Origin: a virus
Taxonomy: Duplodnaviria; Caudoviricetes
DNA: 50,413 nt
Strand: one strand, 5' to 3'
IMG/VR virus record: IMGVR_UViG_3300014501_001247
Span: 1 to 50,413 of that record
Below are positions 1 to 6,411 of the stretch, piece after piece. The notes beneath the pieces were generated by a model that saw only the letters and a list, made by a program, of their open reading frames with translations, ran no database searches and was not told the DNA's origin. Each line of letters opens with the position of its first letter. Positions within the stretch are counted from its first letter, which is position 1. A program made the translations under genes and the position numbers.

Positions 1-249
1 ATGCAGATCGGACGCATCACCGGAGCCACGCGCGTCATCGGCAAGACGCAAGGTTATATGGGTCTGCCATTGCGCGATGAGCCCATCAACTGCTCGGTGA
101 ACGGACCCGACACCGCGTCAATGGTGACGGCGTGGCTGCCGACGCCGAAGGAGCTCGAAGACCTCAACGCCGGCGCGCCGGTGCATGTGCGCATCCTCGG
201 CGCCGTGCACCCGCCGATCATGGTGACGACTGGCGAAGTGCCAAAATGA
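1..249 (+). CDS. Phage hypothetical protein (82 aa)
   Basis: ORF with host-like codon usage and a globular-looking sequence (SMVTAWLPTPKELEDLN); first gene of the + strand cluster. Confidence 0.7.
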   Translation: MQIGRITGATRVIGKTQGYMGLPLRDEPINCSVNGPDTASMVTAWLPTPKELEDLNAGAPVHVRILGAVHPPIMVTTGEVPK

Positions 250-268
250 CGATCGAAGGGAGAGGGCG

Positions 269-685
269 ATGCCCTACGCGGAATACACGAAGGTCCCGGT
301 CGAGAAGACCAAGACCGACATCGAACAGATCCTGACCCGCTACGGCGCCGACCGCTTCGCCTATTTCGTCGAGACCGGAAAGGCCATCATCGTCTTTGAG
401 GCGCACGAGCGACGCCTGCGGTTCGATCTGCCGCTGCAGGCCGGCGAGAAGGAAAAGGACCAGCGCCGGCGCCGCGAACAATGGCGGGCGCTCCTGCTCT
501 GCATCAAGGCCAAGCTCGAAAGTGTGGCGAGCAGCATCGAGACGTTCGAAGAAGCGTTCCTGGCCCACGTCGTGCTGCCGGACGGACAGACCGTCCACCA
601 GCATGTGTCTCCGCGCCTCGACCAGATCGCCAAGGGCGGTGAGATGCAGGCGCTGCTGCCGGGGCCAAAGCCTGGCGCTCCTTAA
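269..685 (+). CDS. Phage hypothetical protein (138 aa)
   Basis: GGGAGAGGG RBS; typical codon bias; WRALLLCIKAKLE..FEEAFLAH motif resembles conserved phage early proteins. Confidence 0.8.
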   Translation: MPYAEYTKVPVEKTKTDIEQILTRYGADRFAYFVETGKAIIVFEAHERRLRFDLPLQAGEKEKDQRRRREQWRALLLCIKAKLESVASSIETFEEAFLAHVVLPDGQTVHQHVSPRLDQIAKGGEMQALLPGPKPGAP

Positions 686-750
686 CCCGCCGCGGACCCC
701 GGTCAGGAACCATTAACCAGCCCCTGCGATTGTCGCCGCGGGAGACCGCG

Positions 751-1086
751 ATGGCGAAAAAACCTGACAACGAGGCGCTTTGCCGGGAGTTGCTCACGCT
801 GCGCAGGAAGCACGCGGAGGCGTTCGCCCGCGAGACCGAGATCAAGGCGGCGCTCAAGACCGGCGCCGCGGAGAACTTCCAGATCTCCATTCCCGGCCTC
901 GGCGTGGTCAAGGTCTCGGCACCGAAGCCCAAAAGCTGCACCGGCGTCTCGCCGGAGATCGTGGTCGACGCCTTCCTGCGGCTCGACGACCGCGAGCGCA
1001 AGAAACTGATCAAGCTCGGCCTCGTCATCGAGGCCGAGCAGTGGAAGGGCGCCTACTACGGTTCGGTCACCGCCGAGCTGTTCTAA
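751..1086 (+). CDS. Phage hypothetical protein (111 aa)
   Basis: GGGAG RBS before ATG 751; strong GC3 codon bias. Confidence 0.75.
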   Translation: MAKKPDNEALCRELLTLRRKHAEAFARETEIKAALKTGAAENFQISIPGLGVVKVSAPKPKSCTGVSPEIVVDAFLRLDDRERKKLIKLGLVIEAEQWKGAYYGSVTAELF

Positions 1087-1095
1087 GGAGAGAAC

Positions 1096-1386
1096 ATGAT
1101 CAAGCCCACCCCTGGCCGCGTCGTCTGGTTCACGCCGCATCCGGGCGATCCGTGCTTCTCAAGTGAGTTCAAGCCGCCCTTCGCCGCCCACGTCGCCTAC
1201 GTTCACGACGACCGCCACGTCAACCTGATGGTGATCAGCCCGGAGGGCCACGCGCTGCAGAAGCGCTGGGTCCCACTCATCCAGGAGGGCGAGGCGCTCC
1301 CGACAAGCGAGTATTGCGAGTGGATGCCCTACCAGAAGGGCCAGGCGGCCAAGACCGAGGCGCTGGAGAAGAAGGTCGGCGCATGA
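1096..1386 (+). CDS. Conserved small phage protein (MIKPTPGRVVWF type)
   Basis: TAAGGAG RBS; PTPGRVVWF...AAHVAYVH...VNLMV...WMPYQ pattern seen in phage small proteins. Confidence 0.8.
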   Translation: MIKPTPGRVVWFTPHPGDPCFSSEFKPPFAAHVAYVHDDRHVNLMVISPEGHALQKRWVPLIQEGEALPTSEYCEWMPYQKGQAAKTEALEKKVGA

Positions 1387-1727
1387 GCAGCCTGCAGGTC
1401 ACCGATCGCGACGCGGCGGCCGTCGCCAAGGCACCCCGCGTGTCGCTCGGCGACATTGAAGCCGCGATCGGCGGCATCTACTACACCAGCGCGCTGCAAG
1501 CGGTGATCGACGTGGGCGTGTCGCATGAGCACACCGGCCCGCTCGGCCTGCTGACGATCTGCATCGTCGTCATGCGCAATGGCTTCACCGTCATCGGCAA
1601 GTCGGCGCCGGCCTCGCCGGAGAATTTCGACGCCGCGCTCGGGCGCAAGTTCGCCTACGAGGACGCCGTGCGCCAGCTCTGGCCGCTGATGGGCTTCGCG
1701 CTGCGCGATCGCCTGGCGGCGGCTTAG
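1383..1727 (+). CDS. Phage Gp49/Gp66 family protein (N4 gp49/Sf6 gp66), candidate nucleotide-signal sponge
   Basis: ATGA overlap with the upstream gene; signature APRVS..DIE...LTICIVVMRNGFTVIGKSAPASPENFDAALGRKFAYEDAVRQLWPLMG. Confidence 0.85.
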   Translation: MSSLQVTDRDAAAVAKAPRVSLGDIEAAIGGIYYTSALQAVIDVGVSHEHTGPLGLLTICIVVMRNGFTVIGKSAPASPENFDAALGRKFAYEDAVRQLWPLMGFALRDRLAAA

Positions 1728-2731
1728 AGCTCGGCGCTGGCAACGAAGCTCACGCCGCCGGGATACCTGCCGCCCCACGGGTCCACGATAAACGGGTTTG
1801 CCTTCTTGAGCGCGGCCCGCTCGTCGGTTTCGAGCGCGATCTTCTGCGCCAGCATGACGTCGCCGGCGGCGAGGTAGCCCTCCGGCGCGAAGCACCAGCC
1901 CTGGACGGCTCGACCTTTGCCATCGAGCTCGTCGACGTTCATCGCCTCGCCGTGGCGGATGCGATAGCGCTTGCCGCTCGCCGAGCCGATCACCTCGAAA
2001 GATCGGTCATGCCGATACTGATCGCGCTGCGCCGGCGTGAGCCACTCATTGAGCAGCGTCATCGCCTTGGTCTCGGCGCCGGCTCGCTGGCCGCCGTACA
2101 TAGCGCCCAACAGGTCGGCGTCGAGCCAGGCGCGGAACTCACGAATGTAATCTCCCGGGATCACGTCGAGACCGCCCGGCGGTTGGAGCAACTCAACCGT
2201 GGTGCGCGGCGCCTGGGCGGCCCAGTCGGTGCTGTAGAAACGCCCAGGCGCCTCGACGAAAGTGACGCCACCTGGCAGCAGCGAAAACGCCGCCTCGTCG
2301 AAGGCGCCGTGATCCACCACGAGCATCGGAGCTTCGTGGTAGCGGCGTCGCATCTGCTCCTCGATCAGATCCAGTTCGCGCGCGGCCTGCACGATGACGG
2401 CGCAGTCAGTGGACGTCTGCGCCAGGCGCTGCACGCGCTCGCGCAGCGGGCGCAAGCGCTCCTCGATCTGGTGTTCTTCGTAGAGCCGCCAGAAGATCCG
2501 CTCGCACTCTCGGCAGAAGTAATCAGCGCCGCGGCGGTCCAGGTTGTAGAACGGGCCAAGCGGAAGCGCCCATCGCCAATCCCGGCCATCGGCGAATGTC
2601 GCGACCGCGCGCGGGCTGTCGCAGTACGGCCCGGTCTCCAGGCGAAACTCGACCAGCGGCACAAGTCGCTCGCCCTGCCGCTGCAGCACCGCCTGAAGAT
2701 ACTCGCGCGCCTGCGCGAGCAGCTCCTCCAT
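1724..2731 (-). CDS. Hypothetical protein (335 aa), partner of the GG-ending protein; C-terminal domain with a WCFAP cysteine
   Basis: Start (MEELLAQ) is coupled to the upstream stop by TGATG at 2731; C-terminal ...GWCFAPEGYLAAGDVMLAQKIALETDERAALKKAN. Confidence 0.8.
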   Translation of the reverse strand: MEELLAQAREYLQAVLQRQGERLVPLVEFRLETGPYCDSPRAVATFADGRDWRWALPLGPFYNLDRRGADYFCRECERIFWRLYEEHQIEERLRPLRERVQRLAQTSTDCAVIVQAARELDLIEEQMRRRYHEAPMLVVDHGAFDEAAFSLLPGGVTFVEAPGRFYSTDWAAQAPRTTVELLQPPGGLDVIPGDYIREFRAWLDADLLGAMYGGQRAGAETKAMTLLNEWLTPAQRDQYRHDRSFEVIGSASGKRYRIRHGEAMNVDELDGKGRAVQGWCFAPEGYLAAGDVMLAQKIALETDERAALKKANPFIVDPWGGRYPGGVSFVASAEL

Positions 2732-2952
2732 CAGCCGCCCACGAGCCGCGGGAAGAACAGCGTCTCCTGCGCTGTGGCGTCGAACTTGCGCGCGAGCTTG
2801 GAGCTGCCATCGGGCTGCCGCGTCGCCGCGGTGAAGCCTAAGCCGGTGAGCTCGCGGAAACGGTCTTCGGCGGCCTTGAGCGCCACCTGGTCGCCGGCGT
2901 CGAAGGCATGCCGGGTGTCGCCGGACGTGTCCATCACGATCTGGGTCGCCAT
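2731..2952 (-). CDS. Small protein (73 aa) with C-terminal di-glycine (-FFPRLVGG), candidate ubiquitin-like modifier
   Basis: GGAGGA RBS 4 nt before ATG 2952; ORF ends LVGG-stop; translationally coupled to the next gene. Confidence 0.8.
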   Translation of the reverse strand: MATQIVMDTSGDTRHAFDAGDQVALKAAEDRFRELTGLGFTAATRQPDGSSKLARKFDATAQETLFFPRLVGG

Positions 2953-2978
2953 TCTTTCCTCCTCCACGAAGCATGCCG

Positions 2979-2987
2979 ATCATACCA
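2979..2987 (-). promoter_or_regulatory. Putative extended -10 promoter (TGGTATGAT) for the 2952/2731 gene pair
   Basis: The minus strand reads TG-G-TATGAT about 27 nt upstream of ATG 2952, just downstream of the late terminator; no clear -35. Confidence 0.5.
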
Positions 2988-2994
2988 CAAACGC

Positions 2995-3042
2995 AAAAAG
3001 CCCGCGCCGCCGGCACCCCGTTTCCGGGGGCCGACGGCGCGG
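2995..3042 (-). terminator. Rho-independent terminator at the end of the late/lysis operon
   Basis: Imperfect GC stem 3002-3019/3026-3042 followed by TTTTT on the minus strand. Confidence 0.75.
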
Positions 3043-3088
3043 CAGTCGTCTGACGTCGCTCAGAGCGCAGGCGTGGACCTGCGGTAGA

Positions 3089-3235
3089 TCAGCTAGGCGG
3101 CTCGGCCTTGTCCGGCGGCGCGCCGTCCACCGGCTCGCGCTCCTCGAACAGCTCCTCGTCCTCGGCCGCCTCGGCGTTGCGCACGCGCGGCCGCGCCCGC
3201 CGGCGCGTTCGCGGCGGCGCCGGGCGCTTTCGCAT
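3089..3235 (-). CDS. Possible small basic/acidic hypothetical protein (48 aa)
   Basis: MRKRPAPP...EDEELFEERE fills the gap between the last lysis gene and the terminator; no clear RBS. Confidence 0.35.
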   Translation of the reverse strand: MRKRPAPPRTRRRARPRVRNAEAAEDEELFEEREPVDGAPPDKAEPPS

Positions 3236-3243
3236 GGGCGGCT

Positions 3244-3489
3244 TTAGCCGTGAAACAGCTTGACGCCGAGGGCGCCGAAAAGGGCCCCGAGGGTAGCGCC
3301 GGCCCCGGAATACCAGTGCTGGCGGTTCTCGACCTTGCCGACGCGGGTGTCGAGCGCGGTGGTGCGCTCGTCCTGCTTGGCCATCTGCTTGATGAAGGTG
3401 TCGATCGAGCCCTCGAGGCGGCCGAGCGCGCGGCTGATGTCCTGCAGCTGCTGCTGCATCTGGTTGATGGTGTTGGTCGGCGCGGTCAT
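3244..3489 (-). CDS. Coiled-coil protein with C-terminal membrane anchor (XhlA/holin-like)
   Basis: Heptad N-terminal part, hydrophobic C-terminus (GAGATLGALFGALGV), located in the lysis cassette. Confidence 0.7.
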   Translation of the reverse strand: MTAPTNTINQMQQQLQDISRALGRLEGSIDTFIKQMAKQDERTTALDTRVGKVENRQHWYSGAGATLGALFGALGVKLFHG

Positions 3490-3815
3490 GGCGCACCCGC
3501 TTTCTTCGGCGCGGCGTAGGCCGCCTTGACGTTGCCGATGCAGGCGCGGCCGATGTCGATCTCGCCGGCGGCCTTGATCAGCGCGACGTCGTCGCGCGCG
3601 AACGCGATGCGCGCGTCGGTCTTGGCCGTCACCGGCGGCAGCGTCACCGGAGCGAGCGCGCGCGCGCAGGTGTCGAGCGCGCCGAGATCGACCGCCAGCG
3701 GCGGCGCCCCCGGCTTAGTGGCCGGTGCGAGCGCGCAGCTGCAGAACAGCGGCGCCGACAGTGCAAGAAGGAGCGCCCGACTTGGAGCCCTTCGCGGCCG
3801 CGAGTTGTTTCTCAT
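3486..3815 (-). CDS. Outer-membrane spanin lipoprotein (Rz1-like)
   Basis: Basic N-terminus, hydrophobic stretch and lipobox-like LFCSC; Pro-rich; overlaps the 3' end of the i-spanin gene in another frame. Confidence 0.7.
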   Translation of the reverse strand: MRNNSRPRRAPSRALLLALSAPLFCSCALAPATKPGAPPLAVDLGALDTCARALAPVTLPPVTAKTDARIAFARDDVALIKAAGEIDIGRACIGNVKAAYAAPKKAGAP

Positions 3816-4182
3816 AGGCTGCCACCTGCTGCTTGAGGTCGTCGGATTGTTTCGACAGCGACGCGATCTGCGGGTTGTATTCGGCCCGCACCGATGCCCG
3901 GACGGCTTGGTTGTGCGCGTCGGCGATCACCTGCGCGGCCTTGTCGGCCTTGTCCCATTGGGCCTGTACATCGGCCCGCCCGGTATGGTCGCCGTAGACG
4001 ACGCCGCCGAAGGCGGCCAGGACCGTGATGACGCCGGCGATCGCGATCGGGCGCGCTACGGCCACGAACCAGCCCAGCGCAACGAGCACCGCGATAGCGC
4101 CGAGCGAAAAGCTGCCCCACTCGGTCACGCGGGCAATCTGGTGCAGCGCGTCGAAGAAGCTGCCGCCGAGCGGATCAAACAT
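3715..4182 (-). CDS. Inner-membrane spanin (Rz-like)
   Basis: N-terminal transmembrane helices followed by a coiled coil (VQAQWDKA...LKQQV); directly downstream of the endolysin. Confidence 0.7.
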   Translation of the reverse strand: MFDPLGGSFFDALHQIARVTEWGSFSLGAIAVLVALGWFVAVARPIAIAGVITVLAAFGGVVYGDHTGRADVQAQWDKADKAAQVIADAHNQAVRASVRAEYNPQIASLSKQSDDLKQQVAAYEKQLAAAKGSKSGAPSCTVGAAVLQLRARTGH

Positions 4183-5038
4183 GGTCGTTCTCGAGCTTGG
4201 CGCGGCGGTCGAGGAAGACGAAGACGCCGAGCACCGCGATCGCCGCCGCGATCGCGATGCCGATCGCCGGCGCGTGGGCGATGACCGCGAGATGGTCGAG
4301 CACGCCGAGCTCGAGCAGGTTCTGCTTCGCGGCCTTGAGCGGCTCGGCGGCGTCGTTGATCTGCTGCAGCGTCGTGAACACGCCGCCGGCGCCGGTGGTG
4401 AGACCGGCGATCGCCTGCTTGGAGGCGAGGATGCCCTTCGGCGGCGCGTTGCGCTCGGCCTTGGGCGAGAAGATCGCGTCGGGCTGCGCCGGCGGCGGCC
4501 CTTCGGCCTCGTCCGGCGTATTGAACCAGGCGATCTCGGCGGCGCGCCGGTGCACCAGTCCCTCCATGTGCTCGCCGCGCGAGGAGGTGTATTGGAGCAG
4601 CTTCGCTGGCACGGCGCGGCTGTTGCCGGCGTTGATCAGTCGGATGGCGGCGAGCGAGGCGGCCGGGCAGTTGAACCAGGTGTCGACCAGCGCGTCGAAC
4701 TGATGCTGGGTGACCGCGACCTTGAGCGCGCGATCGACGGCGCGTTCGCACGGCGCGATGTCGTCGTCGAAGATCTGATCGGCCTGCTCGCGCGTGATGC
4801 GCAGGCCCTTCACGATATGTGGGTAAACGCCCGACACCTTCATCGATCCGGCGGCGTCGGTGTGCCCAAAACCGATGGTGAGCGTGCCGCGCACGGCGCC
4901 GCCGTCCCATTCGGGATATTGCAGCTTGCCGTCGATGTGCCGCTTGCCGACCTTGTCGTCGTAGACGTAGAGGACGCACTCCTCCCACGGCTCGGTCAGT
5001 TTGGCGCGCGCTTGCGCGCTCATGCGCATGTCGCTCAT
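4175..5038 (-). CDS. Endolysin, GH24 phage-lysozyme-like, with C-terminal membrane helices
   Basis: PWEECVLYVYDD...TIGFGHT, ITREQA, TQHQFDALV..FN and GLVHRRAAE lysozyme motifs; hydrophobic C-terminal tail. Confidence 0.9.
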   Translation of the reverse strand: MSDMRMSAQARAKLTEPWEECVLYVYDDKVGKRHIDGKLQYPEWDGGAVRGTLTIGFGHTDAAGSMKVSGVYPHIVKGLRITREQADQIFDDDIAPCERAVDRALKVAVTQHQFDALVDTWFNCPAASLAAIRLINAGNSRAVPAKLLQYTSSRGEHMEGLVHRRAAEIAWFNTPDEAEGPPPAQPDAIFSPKAERNAPPKGILASKQAIAGLTTGAGGVFTTLQQINDAAEPLKAAKQNLLELGVLDHLAVIAHAPAIGIAIAAAIAVLGVFVFLDRRAKLENDHV

Positions 5039-5223
5039 TTGAGCTTCTCCTCGGCCTCGGCGACGCTCTCGCGCACCGCCTGGATCACGCCGGACTCGAG
5101 CACGATCAGCGCGCGAGCGTTGCCGTAGCCCTGGTCGGCGTGGGCCGGCCGGATCGCCACCACGTCGTCGGGCTTGATCGGCACGGTCTCGCCGTTCGGC
5201 TCGGTGAAGTGGACGAACCTCAC
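5035..5223 (-). CDS. Small FlbD-like protein (62 aa)
   Basis: GTGA/ATGA overlaps at both ends; FTEPNG.....PDDVVAI....IVLESG...AVRESVAE pattern resembles the FlbD family. Confidence 0.6.
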   Translation of the reverse strand: MRFVHFTEPNGETVPIKPDDVVAIRPAHADQGYGNARALIVLESGVIQAVRESVAEAEEKLK

Positions 5224-5495
5224 GCTGCGCCCGGCGCCGCGGCGCTGGCGGCGACAGTGGTGGCGGCGCTGGGCGCAGGCGCAGCGACGGTCGTGCTGCC
5301 ACCCTTCAGGTGCTTGACGTCGGCCTCGACCGCCTTGAGCCGGGTGTCGAGCGCGGCGAGGTCGGCCTTGCCGGCGTTCCACCAGGCTTTCAGCTTGGCG
5401 ACGCCCCAGCTCCAGCCCTTCTTCGCCCACAGCACGCCGAACCAGACGACGCCAACAAAAATGGCGCCCTCGGCGCCATAGAGCAGATGATCCAT
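5220..5495 (-). CDS. Small membrane protein (holin/antiholin candidate)
   Basis: AAAGG RBS; N-terminal TM (AIFVGVVWFGVLW) followed by a coiled coil; upstream of the endolysin. Confidence 0.65.
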   Translation of the reverse strand: MDHLLYGAEGAIFVGVVWFGVLWAKKGWSWGVAKLKAWWNAGKADLAALDTRLKAVEADVKHLKGGSTTVAAPAPSAATTVAASAAAPGAA

Positions 5496-5512
5496 GATGT
5501 TACCTTTCTCTC

Positions 5513-5914
5513 TCAGTTGCCGCTCTCTCCCGGCCAGAAGCACGTCGGGGTGCCGGCCGGACTGCCGTTGAAGTCTTCCGAAAGCAGGAACAGCGTCGGC
5601 TGCTTGTCGGGCGCGCTCTCACCCCAATGGATGATGTCGGGAGGGATGCGCTTCCACTCGGCACCGTCGAGCCACCACCACTGGTCCTCGCCGTTCTTTT
5701 GGTCGACGCGGAATTGGGTGTGCACCACGTCGCTGGTTTTGCAGCAGCCGAGGAAGCCAAGCCGGTCCGCGGCGGCGGGTGTCAGCTCGGCCCGGTCGAA
5801 CCAAAGCCGCGTTTCGGGCGACTGGTTGCTCCATCGGTCATCGGCGCCGGTCGCGTGTGCCGGCGAGACAAGCAAAAAAAGGCCGAGCGCGGCCGTGGCG
5901 GCTGCGATCCGCAT
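5513..5914 (-). CDS. Secreted/periplasmic Cys-containing hypothetical protein (133 aa)
   Basis: GGAGG RBS; signal peptide MRIAAATAALGLFLLVSPAHA; GCC..SD and TCFWP motifs. Confidence 0.75.
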   Translation of the reverse strand: MRIAAATAALGLFLLVSPAHATGADDRWSNQSPETRLWFDRAELTPAAADRLGFLGCCKTSDVVHTQFRVDQKNGEDQWWWLDGAEWKRIPPDIIHWGESAPDKQPTLFLLSEDFNGSPAGTPTCFWPGESGN

Positions 5915-5946
5915 GCGAACCTCCGGGAGCTGGTGAAACGGGGCGG

Positions 5947-6339
5947 CTAGCTGAGGTCGGTTATGACCGGGGCGAGCTGGGCGATCATGCCGCCGGTGAT
6001 CTTCGGGTTGGCCTCGAGCGACAGGTTGCTGGTGGTGAGCATCCGCAGCTCGAACTCGCCGGCCTCGAGCTTGCGGGCCTCGGCGTCGGCGTCCATCGCG
6101 TCGGCCTGGATCTCGGCGTCGGTGCGCTGCGCGCGGCCCTTGTCGTCGCGATTGTCCTTGTAGAGCTGCGCGACGGAGCGAGTGCGGGCGCGCTCGTAGG
6201 CCTCGGCGTGCGGGCGCAGCAGGTTGACGTTGATGGCAATCGCCAGCCGCACCGTGCCGGCAAGCTTCACGTCCGGCACGTTCTCGACGGCGTTGAGCCC
6301 GAGCACCAGGTTGTGCAGGGCGCCGATGGTCAGCTTCAT
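5947..6339 (-). CDS. Hypothetical protein downstream of the tail fibre (possible chaperone)
   Basis: GAGGGGAG RBS; good codon bias; helical. Confidence 0.7.
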   Translation of the reverse strand: MKLTIGALHNLVLGLNAVENVPDVKLAGTVRLAIAINVNLLRPHAEAYERARTRSVAQLYKDNRDDKGRAQRTDAEIQADAMDADAEARKLEAGEFELRMLTTSNLSLEANPKITGGMIAQLAPVITDLS

Positions 6340-6411
6340 GGCCGAAAACTCCCCTCGAAGTGGCTAGGCGGCGATTGTCGCCGCCCGCGGCAACCGAACG
6401 GTTAACGGGCC

